Positions 48,906 through 58,857 of a DNA stretch of 64,000 nt are shown here, in pieces. The stretch is taken from the NCBI GenBank assembly GCA_964623775.1, contig CAZUVH010000002.1, forward strand, positions 110,454 to 174,453, in the 5' to 3' direction. The translations under genes and the position numbers were made by a program. Positions within the stretch are counted from its first letter, which is position 1. Each line of letters opens with the position of its first letter. Source of the DNA: an uncultured Candidatus Saccharibacteria bacterium (GTDB lineage Bacteria; Patescibacteriota; Minisyncoccia; Phycocordibacterales; UBA2100). The notes beneath the pieces are model-generated. The model was given only the letters and a program-made list of their open reading frames with translations, was not told the origin of the DNA and made no database searches.

Positions 48906-49445
48906 TTAGAGAAGGGCATCAATTACGCGTGCCCCATCTGTTGAACTGCCATCGTGCATGCGAATCGGTACCAGATTGAACACGCCTAGCGCATTACGAT
49001 ATATGAAGCATACGAAGAACGCTGTTGGGAAGAATTCAGCCCAGCTGAACGTTGTTGGATTCGCGAGCATCTGGGCCGCCAAATGAAAATCCGACCATCC
49101 GCGAAATATATACACGAGCAGTACTGCTACAATGTTCGCGGCGACGCCCGCTAGCGCGATAGCAACCTCCCTCGTCACTGTCGTCTCTTCGCGGTACGCA
49201 TCCATCGCGCCACCACTAATGTTCGCTGAAATACACAGATATGATCTGTTTCCGTTCAACATGAATGGAATTTCGCAGTATCGCTTTGCGCCCGGCGATC
49301 CTATCCAAACCTGATGGAGTCTATAACCACAGAGGACAGCGACACTCGCATGTCCCAACTCATGAATAGCAGTGCCGAGCAAATAGACTGGCAGATACAC
49401 AACAAACGGCGATACCAGCAGGGCCAGGGTAATACTCTCCGACAT
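48906..49445 (-). CDS. M50 site-2 metalloprotease family protein
   Basis: HELGH, IALAG..AN, FNLVP......DG; AAGGAG SD. Confidence 0.85.
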   Translation of the reverse strand: MSESITLALLVSPFVVYLPVYLLGTAIHELGHASVAVLCGYRLHQVWIGSPGAKRYCEIPFMLNGNRSYLCISANISGGAMDAYREETTVTREVAIALAGVAANIVAVLLVYIFRGWSDFHLAAQMLANPTTFSWAEFFPTAFFVCFIYRNALGVFNLVPIRMHDGSSTDGARVIDALL

Positions 49446-49549
49446 GTCCTACTCCTTTCCGTTCGAATGTATACCACAATAATTGTAGATGTAAACGGAT
49501 ACCGAGCGACGATTTGCAATGCATACCGATGTGCTAGCATAAGTCTGTC

Positions 49550-50593
49550 ATGCGCATCGAAGAGGACGTAAAGTTGGATTACAAAGACGTACTTATTCGC
49601 CCCAAGCGCTCTACCCTATCCAGTCGAAGAGAAGTCGACATTACACGTGAGATTAAATTTAAGGCATCCGGCCAATCAGTGATTGGTGTACCTATCATTG
49701 CCGCCAACATGGACGGCGTCGGCACCTTCTCGATGGCACGCGTATTTCTCAAGCACAAAATGTTTGTTGCGTTGCACAAACACTACTCGGTGCCGGAATT
49801 GAAGAAATTTTTTGAGTCACTGAAGCGCACAGAAGCGCCGTACGTTTTCTATACGATGGGTATCAAGGATGAGGATGTGAAGAAACTCGATGCGCTTCTC
49901 AAGGTATGCGACGAAAAGTACATCCAGAGTATTTGCATCGATGTCGCCAATGGCTACACCGAGCGTTTTGTGGAATTTGCAAAAAAGCTCCGTAAACGCT
50001 TCCCCAAGAAAATCATCATGGCTGGCAATGTGGTGACGGGCGAGATCGTCGAAGAGCTTGCGCTCGCCGGAGTGGATATCATCAAGGTGGGGATCGGCCC
50101 CGGATCGGTGTGCACGACGCGCAAAATGACAGGCGTCGGCTACCCGCAGCTCTCGGCAGTGATCGAGTGTGCCGATGCGGCGCACGGAATCGGCGCGCAC
50201 ATCTGTGCCGACGGCGGCTGCCAAGCGCCGGGCGATGTGGCAAAAGCATTCGGCGGTGGCGGCGATTTTGTCATGATCGGCAGCATGCTTTCCGCCCACA
50301 AAGAATCGGAGCAGTCGATCGTGGAGCGAGGCGGCACTCAATATATAGAATATTACGGTTCGTCCTCACGGGAGGCCATGATGAAACACCACGGCGGCAT
50401 CGCCGAATATCGGGCAAGCGAAGGAAAGTCTGTCGCTGTCCCCTACAAAGGCCACGTCGAGAATACCTTGCAAGATATCCTCGGCGGATTGCGCTCTGCG
50501 TGCACCTATGTGGGCGCAAAGAAGCTCAAGGAACTCCCCAAACGCACCACCTTCATCCGTGTCACCCAGCAACTGAATCCGCAATACGACTAG
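49550..50593 (+). CDS. guaC: GMP reductase
   Basis: [62 protein letters not shown]. Confidence 0.96.
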   Translation: MRIEEDVKLDYKDVLIRPKRSTLSSRREVDITREIKFKASGQSVIGVPIIAANMDGVGTFSMARVFLKHKMFVALHKHYSVPELKKFFESLKRTEAPYVFYTMGIKDEDVKKLDALLKVCDEKYIQSICIDVANGYTERFVEFAKKLRKRFPKKIIMAGNVVTGEIVEELALAGVDIIKVGIGPGSVCTTRKMTGVGYPQLSAVIECADAAHGIGAHICADGGCQAPGDVAKAFGGGGDFVMIGSMLSAHKESEQSIVERGGTQYIEYYGSSSREAMMKHHGGIAEYRASEGKSVAVPYKGHVENTLQDILGGLRSACTYVGAKKLKELPKRTTFIRVTQQLNPQYD

Positions 50594-51666
50594 TCAAAGC
50601 CTTCCAATTTTTGAGGAGGTTCCGTCGCGACATCGAGCGCGCCCTTGGTGTACGTATCGAGGTTTGGTACAAGATAGTGATCCGCTAGTCTCCGATGAAT
50701 CTGATAGACAGCAGCGACTACGCTTTCCGACTTTCCCGTCTCTGTCTGCACGCGTGCATCACGCGCCGGACATCCGAGACGCTTTTCTTCCGAAACTACA
50801 TAATGACGTCCTTCTATATACCGTTCGTATTGTTCTATCGCGGATTGGTCGAAGGCGAACTGGTACCTTTCGTCTGTCTGGTCAATGGAGAATAATTCGA
50901 GCGGAAACTCCAGGTGGAGCGACCTGCCGACCCCGGAACCGGCTTTTGCAAATTCCGAAAGACGAGCGAAGCTTGAAATGTGCATCGATGACAGTTCAAT
51001 AGCGAGCGGTTCCGCTGCAGCCGCAAAACCGGAAAATGCTTCTGGTGTTATAACGCGTCCATACTTTTGGTAAAAAGCTACCGGTATAGCGCGCATAATA
51101 TTCCAACTTACAATGGCGGAAGTATTTGCGCCGCGCAGCACAAAATTCCGAGTAAAATTTTCCTCTTCACTTGTCGACTTTACACGCCCGCGATATATAG
51201 TGTCCGTTAGCAACATCTGCATGCGTTTTTCTACCTTCGCATCGTAGCTGTCCGGATTCTCCTGTGTGCTTTTCCACCACATATCGAGAGCATCCGCAAA
51301 GGCGGATGGATACGCGGATTCAATTTCAATGACATCGTGAAAGAAACCTCCCGCATTTGCCGTGTCGAACTGCGGCGGAATACATTTGAATATCGTTTTG
51401 TTCAACGGCATCATTGCCCAGTTTGGATACATTTTTAGCCCGTCTCTTTGGTCGCCCAGTATTTTTGTAACCTCAGGATGCAATCGTTCGGTCACGTACG
51501 CCGTGAGCGCGTACAATTCTTTTTTTACCTCACCCGAGATATCAAGGGGATCAAGATTTTCTCGCGTGGTCGATATTTCCTGGTGCTCGCGAAGCGCCTT
51601 CAGTGAGCGCGCTATCGCATTCCCTCGCTCCTCCGGCATGAGTACGCGTGACATTCGTTCCTCCAT
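50590..51666 (-). CDS. Hypothetical protein (~358 aa) with C-terminal GCPA motif
   Basis: Long ORF with no recognised family. Confidence 0.75.
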   Translation of the reverse strand: MEERMSRVLMPEERGNAIARSLKALREHQEISTTRENLDPLDISGEVKKELYALTAYVTERLHPEVTKILGDQRDGLKMYPNWAMMPLNKTIFKCIPPQFDTANAGGFFHDVIEIESAYPSAFADALDMWWKSTQENPDSYDAKVEKRMQMLLTDTIYRGRVKSTSEEENFTRNFVLRGANTSAIVSWNIMRAIPVAFYQKYGRVITPEAFSGFAAAAEPLAIELSSMHISSFARLSEFAKAGSGVGRSLHLEFPLELFSIDQTDERYQFAFDQSAIEQYERYIEGRHYVVSEEKRLGCPARDARVQTETGKSESVVAAVYQIHRRLADHYLVPNLDTYTKGALDVATEPPQKLEGFD

Positions 51667-51735
51667 GAAAGAAGTGTATATCAACGATAAAAAAAGAGGA
51701 GGGCTAGATTGCTCTCCTCTGAAATATAGTTCGGC

Positions 51736-51981
51736 TCACGCGGCTTTCGGCGGCTGATTGTTCCTCTCAGCCAAAAGTTCGAGTTCGCGTTTTTCAAAAG
51801 CGGCGCACTGCATGTACTCGATCGAAGGCTCGTACTTCCCGTACCGCGCGATTTCAGAATCGGTGTCAAAATCGACAGATTTCCAGAACTTCTCAGGCGG
51901 CGGCGGGTTGTTGACGGGATCGATGGGATTCCGTGGATCGACCAACGGGTCGAACTCGTAACCAAGTGCCTTGGGCTTCAT
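51736..51981 (-). CDS. Hypothetical protein, 81 aa
   Basis: GAGGAGG SD before MKPKALG; terminator at about 51689-51720. Confidence 0.6.
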   Translation of the reverse strand: MKPKALGYEFDPLVDPRNPIDPVNNPPPPEKFWKSVDFDTDSEIARYGKYEPSIEYMQCAAFEKRELELLAERNNQPPKAA

Positions 51982-52209
51982 GACGCCCTCCTCGCGTGTC
52001 ACTGACCTTTTTATACTCCTCTTATCCGATCTGTAAAGAGTACATAAAGCACAGAGTACGGCATACCATGACACCAATAGCGAACTATTAGCTCGATCGC
52101 CTAATCTATTTCAGACAGATGAATATTGTTCCAGAGCTGCAAATATACAACTATTGGTGTGATGGTATACTCTCGTCAGAGAATTTCACAAAAAAATGAG
52201 GAGTATCGG

Positions 52210-52824
52210 ATGACGATACTAATAGCGGCGCAGGCGACATTTGTTGTGGGTCTGATGTGTTTCTCAATAGGAGAATGGTCGATTCACAAATACATAATGC
52301 ATCAGGCGTTCTGGTTCATTACATTTCCCGCCTACGCACACGGCAAGGTTCATCATGGTGTCTTCGGGTACGATGAGACATATCACCTCGGGAACAGGTC
52401 GGCCGAAGATGTCGCGTACGCGAGGTCGAAGATTGCTGCTGCAAATTGGACTTTCGCTGTCGTTATTCCGCTCGGCACGATACCGTTCCTTATCGCGGCA
52501 GCGCCATTTTGGTATTTTGGTCTCACTGATATCGCTCTCACGATTGTGATTGTCGGCTCGCTCACCGCGACGATGTACTACATCACCTACGAGACGATCC
52601 ACTGGTGGATGCATCTGCCCAAGAAGCGACGTGCCGAGAGATCGAGATTGTTCATCTGGCTCAACGGCCATCACATCTTGCATCATCGCTACCACCACAA
52701 GAATCTCAATGTCGTGCTACCATTTGCCGACATTATTTTCGGTACAAAACTTTGGCGATCGCCCGTGCGCTTCGCGCAGGTGCGCGGAGATATGGTACCT
52801 GATCTGCAGCCACGCGGATCCTGA
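52210..52824 (+). CDS. Fatty-acid hydroxylase / sterol desaturase family membrane enzyme
   Basis: His boxes HKYIMH, HGKVHH, HWWMH, HHILHH, then N.NVV.P.AD..FGT; GAGGAG SD. Confidence 0.85.
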   Translation: MTILIAAQATFVVGLMCFSIGEWSIHKYIMHQAFWFITFPAYAHGKVHHGVFGYDETYHLGNRSAEDVAYARSKIAAANWTFAVVIPLGTIPFLIAAAPFWYFGLTDIALTIVIVGSLTATMYYITYETIHWWMHLPKKRRAERSRLFIWLNGHHILHHRYHHKNLNVVLPFADIIFGTKLWRSPVRFAQVRGDMVPDLQPRGS

Positions 52825-52878
52825 TCTCAAGCCGCCTTTCAGTAGTGAAGGGCGGTTTTATCTTGCGAGGATAGCGAG

Positions 52879-52908
52879 GAGCATGCGAACATTTACGTTC
52901 GCATGCTC
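52879..52908. repeat. REP-like 12-bp stem-loop between convergent genes
   Basis: GAGCATGCGAAC-atttac-GTTCGCATGCTC, separate from the terminator at 52831-52860. Confidence 0.5.
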
Positions 52909-52937
52909 GAGCGACACAGCAAGCAAAGATGAAATCT

Positions 52938-53900
52938 TTATTTTTCTTTCTTGATGCTGTTTAAAATCTTCTGCACCTCTTTCATGCTTTTGTCGTCAAG
53001 GATCGAGATCGGTAATGCGGTCACCTTGGCCTTTTTGAGCGCTGCGACTTTTTTCTTGATTTCACCGGCATCCACCATGTCCGACTTCGTCAATAATACG
53101 TACTCCTTCTTTTCTTTGAGAGCGGGATTGTACGCGTGGAGCTCTTTGCGGATAATTTTGTAATCACGCACCGGATCATCGGATTCAGCGGAGATGAGAT
53201 GCAAGAGTGTCTTCGTGCGCTCCACGTGTTTGAGGAATTTGTCACCAAGTCCTTTTCCTTCTGAGGCGCCCTCAATGAGTCCCGGGATGTCAGCGATGAT
53301 TGTGCCGTAATAATCACCGAGGTGCGGCTCGAGTGTCGTAAAGGCGTAATTGGCGACTCTGCTTTTTGCAGCGGTAAGTTCATTGAGCAAGCTCGATTTG
53401 CCCGCATTCGGCAGGCCCACGAGTCCCACATCGGCAATGAGCCTGAGCTCTAGTATGTAGTCGGCAACATCTCCCGGCGTGCCCTCTTCATGCTCCATCG
53501 GTGTTGTATTCGTGGATGAGCGGAATTTAAAATTGCCTCGGCCGCCCTTGCCTCCGCCCGCCGCGAGGACACGCTCGCCCACCGCATTGATCTCCTTCGT
53601 AAATCCCGTCTCTTTATTGATGATGAGTGTCCCCGCAGGCACTTTGATGATTTTGTCTTCCCCACGCGTACCGTCGATGAATTGCCCACGACCATCTCCA
53701 CCTTTCTCTGCGCGGACCACCTTGTTGGCACTCATGCTCGCGAGCGCATTGATATCGGATACGCCCTCAAAATAGATATTGCCGCCATTACCACCATCAC
53801 CGCCCGTCGGGCCGCGATTGAGACGTACCTTTTGAAACGCCACGGCGCCGCGACCCCCCGGTCCGGCTTCGAGACGCATTTCTATGTGATCAACGAGCAT
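52938..53900 (-). CDS. obg: GTPase Obg/CgtA
   Basis: Gly-rich Obg fold, ADVGLVGLPNAGKS, YAFTTL.P, DIPGLIEGA, TKSD. Confidence 0.96.
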   Translation of the reverse strand: MLVDHIEMRLEAGPGGRGAVAFQKVRLNRGPTGGDGGNGGNIYFEGVSDINALASMSANKVVRAEKGGDGRGQFIDGTRGEDKIIKVPAGTLIINKETGFTKEINAVGERVLAAGGGKGGRGNFKFRSSTNTTPMEHEEGTPGDVADYILELRLIADVGLVGLPNAGKSSLLNELTAAKSRVANYAFTTLEPHLGDYYGTIIADIPGLIEGASEGKGLGDKFLKHVERTKTLLHLISAESDDPVRDYKIIRKELHAYNPALKEKKEYVLLTKSDMVDAGEIKKKVAALKKAKVTALPISILDDKSMKEVQKILNSIKKEK

Positions 53901-53967
53901 ATGAGTCGCATGCTATCACAAACTAAAAAAATGACCCCGAAATGGTCGGGGTCGAATTTGCGAAAGA

Positions 53968-54456
53968 TCATTCAAGCGCGTGGTGATACCAGTGGCCCTC
54001 CCAACCTTTCACTGCCTCCTTCAGGAGTGGCGGGTTCGAATTGAGGGAAAGCTTGTACGTGTCGTCTCCACTCTTAAACGTAATTTCACTGTAACGCAAA
54101 TCGATATAGGTGACGTAGTCGAGTCCCAGATAGACTGCCCGATCCTTACCCACATCCTTGAAAGGGATGCTCAGACCGCGTGCGTTCGCATGAATATTGA
54201 GCTTGAGCTTGGCTGCAATATGGGTAAGAAGCGCAAAATCCAAACCATATTCATTCGGCTTTCGCAGACCATGAATCGTCATCTCTATATCAGCGATGAT
54301 GCGCGCTGGGTAATCGGGCAAGGGGCAGAAAGGTGCCACAACCGTCTCGTCGAGAACATTTTCATCAACAAGACGACAACGATGCGCGCCACCACTCTAA
54401 TACACATAGTTGGGGCACTCACCGCACGAGCTCACACAATCGACTATCTTCCGCAT
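53968..54456 (-). pseudogene. Cys-rich hypothetical gene interrupted by an in-frame TAG at codon 20
   Basis: TTGACA-17-TAACTT promoter, AAGGGAG SD, MRKIVDCVSSCGECPNYVY*SGGAHRC...PFCPLPDY... in one frame to the stop at 53968. Confidence 0.7.
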
Positions 54457-54512
54457 TTTCAAACTCCCTTTGAATCGCTGCGGAGAAGTTAATCGACCCC
54501 GACGATTGTGTC

Positions 54513-54544
54513 AAATAAAAAGGGCGAGTCGTGAGACTCGCCCT
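54513..54544 (-). terminator. Terminator closing the kinase-vWA-PK-like operon
   Basis: AGGGCGAGTC-tcac-GACTCGCCCT stem-loop followed by a U-tract. Confidence 0.75.
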
Positions 54545-54565
54545 CGTGCTAAGTACTAAGCTAAC

Positions 54566-55690
54566 TCAGCGTGTGTAGTAATCCTTGAACGCTGCGACGG
54601 CATTCGTCGCGGCGGTGAGGAGATTGTCCCGCAAGCACAGCTCATCGCAGAGCATGAAATTGCGATAGCCGATCTCATACAGCCATGCAAGCTGCTCGAA
54701 GTCGGCGTCGGAAGGAACTTCATTGATCCCGATCGAATACTTGATCACGCCGTCGACGATCGAAGGAACCTTGTTGACCACCGAGAGCATCATGCGCGAT
54801 CCTGCGATCGCGTATGGATCTTTCTCGATGATCAATTTCTGTGCCTTGAGGATCTCGTGCGGCATATCGAGTTCGACATAGAGATCACCTTTTGCTGCAC
54901 AGAGCCGAAGATTGTCGCGTTTTTTGAATTCGCGCGCGACGTACTCCATACCCTGTTTACTCTCGATCTTGAGGACTACCTCTTCGTGCTTGCCGACGAG
55001 GTCCAGGAACTCATCGACGTCGCGCTGACTCTGCACATACGAGAGGAACCAGCGCACGATTCCGTGCTTTTTTACTTTCTGGATCTTCTCGAGCTCGAGA
55101 TCGGTAAATTGATTGCCGCCGACTCTGAGCGAGGCGTCGCGGATGTGCAACGATTCGCCCACACGCACGTCGTTGTACGGGCGGCAGTTGCCGGGAAACG
55201 CGAGCTGGTGGAACCAGCCGTCACCCGGTAGTGGCGCTTCAGGCGACCCATACCACTGCTTCCCGTCGCCGAGATTCGTCAGGAATCCACTGTCGGCACC
55301 AGCCTTAAAGAGGACGGGCGTCGGTACATTGACCCTGATCGGATGGTTGAGTTCGAATGCGAGCGCATTCGGATCATCGATGACCTTCGTGACGCGAAGT
55401 TGCCGACCCTTAATGTCGAAGTAGAGCGGCACTTTCACTCCCTGCGGAATGAGCGCGAGCTGTTTGTCAAGATCGAAGGTCGTAAGCATCGCACTGTTGA
55501 GACGGATGCCGGCAAGCCGCGTATCATTGATGAATTTCCCAAAGTGAGAAAAGCTCGGTAGAAGCGTGACCATGATCTCGAGTTCTTTCGGGATCAGCGG
55601 CGACTTCGGCTTGATGAGTGTAGTACTCTTCGTTCGCGGCTCTTGTCCAAAGATTCGGTCATACATTTTACTGCTGAATAAATCTTTCAT
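54566..55690 (-). CDS. Divergent pyruvate-kinase-barrel protein
   Basis: Motifs in PK order: RLNSA, DIKGRQLR, LSYV, LKIES, AKGDLYVEL, SRMMLS, PSDAD, MLCDE; no C-terminal allosteric domain; AGGAGG SD. Confidence 0.8.
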   Translation of the reverse strand: MKDLFSSKMYDRIFGQEPRTKSTTLIKPKSPLIPKELEIMVTLLPSFSHFGKFINDTRLAGIRLNSAMLTTFDLDKQLALIPQGVKVPLYFDIKGRQLRVTKVIDDPNALAFELNHPIRVNVPTPVLFKAGADSGFLTNLGDGKQWYGSPEAPLPGDGWFHQLAFPGNCRPYNDVRVGESLHIRDASLRVGGNQFTDLELEKIQKVKKHGIVRWFLSYVQSQRDVDEFLDLVGKHEEVVLKIESKQGMEYVAREFKKRDNLRLCAAKGDLYVELDMPHEILKAQKLIIEKDPYAIAGSRMMLSVVNKVPSIVDGVIKYSIGINEVPSDADFEQLAWLYEIGYRNFMLCDELCLRDNLLTAATNAVAAFKDYYTR

Positions 55691-55751
55691 GATGTCCTCC
55701 TGAATGAATTTGGGGAGGGCAACTTTGCCCTCCCCTTGTTGGTTTTCAATT

Positions 55752-56747
55752 TCACCATTCGTCGGTGGGCTTGCCGGCGCCAAGACCCTTGGTCGCCGAA
55801 TTTCCCGAACGCTTTTTGGTGCCCGATACTGTATCGGGCTTCGCAAGTGCATGAACTGTCTTCAAAGACCGATACACAGTGGCGACCTGTGTTGCATTCT
55901 GCCGCCCTTCGATCTCCTTGCGGAAATAGCCGACCTTGCCGACTTCCTGCGCGAGAAGTCCGAATATGACGTCGACAGCTCGATTTGCATCGGAGAGGAG
56001 TGCGATGCGTTCCGCGCCGACAAGAGTCTTCCAGCGGTCGTAGACTTGCTGCGTGACCGCCGGCAATGTATCGCCGGAGATCCGCTCGGAGCCATATGGC
56101 TTCAGAATAATGTATAGCGAATATTTCTCCATCGTCTGTTCGACGATCTCCTCGATCGTATGAGTCTTTTCGATGACGACCCTTGCATGCTTCTTTGCAT
56201 CCACTACCGTGATGCGTGCGCACGGCATTTCATCCGTGATGATGATGTACACCGGCTTGTTTTTCGCCTTTGGCATATGCGTATTGTGGATACGGTAGAG
56301 CATCGCGAGGCCATGAGCCTCGTGATACAGTGCCGACCCGCCTCCGCCGCCGACGTGCTGAATCTTGTCGAGTTCTTTCAGCATCTCCGGCCCATCCGCA
56401 AAGGGACGCATCTGAACAGGGTAGTCGTCCTCGAGATCGCAGAAGCCACCGAAACTGATCTTTGCGTCCTCGCCGAGATATTCTTTCTTCACCTCGTGCT
56501 CGAAGTACGGAGCCTTGACGAAGAACTGCTTGTCCCAGCCATCCATAGATCCGCTACCGTCCGAATCGATGCAGCACTGGCTGTCGCTGTCGGTCGAAAT
56601 GGAATCAGGTAGGAGCTTGGAAGCCGGTCCCGCTAATTGCGCTTTTGCGTAGCCTCGGCCGGCGTTTACGTCGTAATTTTGTCGTGCCTGATCGAAGTTG
56701 TGACCTTTCCAGTGCGTTGCCGGTGTGTAGTCGCCGTCTTCTGACAT
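55752..56747 (-). CDS. vWA-domain protein
   Basis: MIDAS DGSGS, GGGG...HEAH, IITDE; AAGGAG SD. Confidence 0.75.
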   Translation of the reverse strand: MSEDGDYTPATHWKGHNFDQARQNYDVNAGRGYAKAQLAGPASKLLPDSISTDSDSQCCIDSDGSGSMDGWDKQFFVKAPYFEHEVKKEYLGEDAKISFGGFCDLEDDYPVQMRPFADGPEMLKELDKIQHVGGGGGSALYHEAHGLAMLYRIHNTHMPKAKNKPVYIIITDEMPCARITVVDAKKHARVVIEKTHTIEEIVEQTMEKYSLYIILKPYGSERISGDTLPAVTQQVYDRWKTLVGAERIALLSDANRAVDVIFGLLAQEVGKVGYFRKEIEGRQNATQVATVYRSLKTVHALAKPDTVSGTKKRSGNSATKGLGAGKPTDEW

Positions 56748-56785
56748 GTCATTCTCCTTCTATTGTCAGATGTGGGTGGGTAGAC

Positions 56786-57814
56786 TCAGGATAACCAATC
56801 TTTCCAGTTCGAGCGCGCTCTGCCGAAACTTTTCTCGCGAACCTTGTCGAATTTGGCGGAAAGTTCCGCCGCATCCCTCGGCCGGTTGAGGACGTTGTAT
56901 ACGACGAGTGATTTGATGAATTCACACATCGCGTCCGGCACATTGCTCGGCACTTGCTTCAGCCGTACCGCATCAATCTTTCCCGTCAGCGCATAGATCA
57001 TACACATACCGAGACTGTAGAGATCGGATTCGGGTACGAGCGTCTTACCCTCGATCTGTTCCGGTGGCGAGAAGATCTCCGTATAACCCTTGCTGCCGGT
57101 ATCGGCCGTCGGCTTTACCGACGAGAGTCCGAAATCGACGAGTTGTGCAATATGTTTCTCCGGCTGGAGAATGATGTTTTGCGGCTTCAAGTCCCCGTGC
57201 AAGATACCGTGACGATGGAGCCAGCCGAGTGTGTTGAGAACTCGATCAGCTATGGATGCCACGATCTCGGGGTCCCGCTTACCGTGTTTTTCGACGGCCT
57301 GTTCGAGTGTTGGGCCTTCCACCCAACTCATCACGAGCGCGAGTGCGCCATTGTCGAGCTCAATCACATCTCTCATGATTGGCAGCCCGTAGTGGCTGAG
57401 ATTCCAGATGGATTTCGCCTCTTGCTTGAGGATCTCTTCCGCAACGGGAGAGATCTCAGAACAGATCTTGACGCATGAAAGCTCGTCCAGCAGCTGATGC
57501 TGGGCTTTGTACGTCACTCCGAATCCTCCTTGCGCCACTTTGGCGATCTTGCGATAGGGACCGATCATGCCGCTTGAGTTCGACTTCGTTTTCCGATATT
57601 CATCGTATTCGCGACGCGACTTTGGATTGGCGATGATCTCATACGCTTCTGCTATCCGCTTCACATTCGATTCGGTCGCACCCGCGATGCGTGGGGCGTG
57701 AATTTTCAGAAGCGCCTTGTGAGCCACCTCAATGATCTCAATCTGGGACCTTGGATGCACCTGGAGCACCTTATAGAGATCCATATCGTACGCTGACGGA
57801 AAGGCATGGGACAT
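56786..57814 (-). CDS. J-domain-like plus Hanks-type Ser/Thr kinase fusion
   Basis: DLYKVLQV...HAP...EAYEII.NP..RREYD, then QGGFG, VK, HGDLKPQN, DFG, PPE, SDLYSLG. Confidence 0.9.
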   Translation of the reverse strand: MSHAFPSAYDMDLYKVLQVHPRSQIEIIEVAHKALLKIHAPRIAGATESNVKRIAEAYEIIANPKSRREYDEYRKTKSNSSGMIGPYRKIAKVAQGGFGVTYKAQHQLLDELSCVKICSEISPVAEEILKQEAKSIWNLSHYGLPIMRDVIELDNGALALVMSWVEGPTLEQAVEKHGKRDPEIVASIADRVLNTLGWLHRHGILHGDLKPQNIILQPEKHIAQLVDFGLSSVKPTADTGSKGYTEIFSPPEQIEGKTLVPESDLYSLGMCMIYALTGKIDAVRLKQVPSNVPDAMCEFIKSLVVYNVLNRPRDAAELSAKFDKVREKSFGRARSNWKDWLS

Positions 57815-57948
57815 GAGTATCTTTCCTTATGTAGGAATCAAAGTACCTGCGGCGATACTACATCAAGAAAATGGCTTTAGTCAACGGTATAATTTGACTT
57901 TTTGGACAGTTCGTGTTTGATGCGCGCAGATCAAAAAGGGAGACCGCC

Positions 57949-58764
57949 ATGCCTTTGCGAGGTATCGTGAAAAAGGCGCAGGATCAGGGGCCGCGCAGCT
58001 ATCAGGAGGATTTCATCGTTCACATTCCATTCGATCTCCCCCATGAACGGGGACACCTTATTGGCGTGTTCGATGGTCATGGCGGCGTAGATGCCGCCAA
58101 AGTGTGCGCAGCAGCGACGCCAAAATTCTTTTCTCCAAATGGCAATGACGACGCGGGAGAACTGCTGCGTCATCTTGTTGGTGAACTGAATGTGCTCACG
58201 TGCGAAATGCAATGCGGGACGACGGTGTCGCTCGCGTGCATCCTCGAAACGAGCCGTACGGTGGTAACTGCGACACTTGGCGACTCACCGATCGTCGTTC
58301 GTGATGTGAATGGATTGATCCGGACGAACAATCCGCACAATGTACGGTCGAATGAATCAGAGCGTCGAACGGCAATTTTGCGGGGTGGTTGGTACAACGA
58401 CGAGGATGGCTACCTCGTCGACGCCAATGACCGCGACGGTCCCGGTCTTCAAACGACGCGCGGTCTTGGGGACCGTTGGCTTGGTAAAGTACTCAGCCGT
58501 GAACCGGAGATCGAAACGTACGGCATTGGGGACACAAGCGCGATCATCGTCGGCTCGGATGGCTTAATGGAACCGGAACGTCTTAATCGCTACGTGCGAC
58601 GCAAAGGCACAACTGATGCGAAACTATTCCTTGAGATGACGAACGCTGCTACGCAGGTCTCGAGCGCACGCGGACTAATCGATTGGAGAAAATCTCAGGA
58701 TGAGCTTGACGACAACACCTCCGCGATCGTCTGGCGTCCACGCCGTTGGTGGGAATTGTTCTGA
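57949..58764 (+). CDS. PP2C/PPM Ser/Thr phosphatase
   Basis: GPRSYQED, VFDGHGG, GTT, LGDS, TRGLGD, SDGL, DDNTS. Confidence 0.92.
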   Translation: MPLRGIVKKAQDQGPRSYQEDFIVHIPFDLPHERGHLIGVFDGHGGVDAAKVCAAATPKFFSPNGNDDAGELLRHLVGELNVLTCEMQCGTTVSLACILETSRTVVTATLGDSPIVVRDVNGLIRTNNPHNVRSNESERRTAILRGGWYNDEDGYLVDANDRDGPGLQTTRGLGDRWLGKVLSREPEIETYGIGDTSAIIVGSDGLMEPERLNRYVRRKGTTDAKLFLEMTNAATQVSSARGLIDWRKSQDELDDNTSAIVWRPRRWWELF

Positions 58765-58777
58765 TAGAAAAATTTCG

Positions 58778-58848
58778 GCCCGCAGGATCTGATCCTGCGG
58801 GCTTTCTTTTTTTTGAAAAAAAAGACCCCGATCAATTTGATCGGGGTC
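58778..58848. terminator. Back-to-back terminators for the convergent PP2C and kinase genes
   Basis: GCCCGCAGGA hairpin with T-run (+ strand); GACCCCGATCA hairpin preceded by an A-run (- strand). Confidence 0.75.
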
Positions 58849-58857
58849 AAAGAACAA

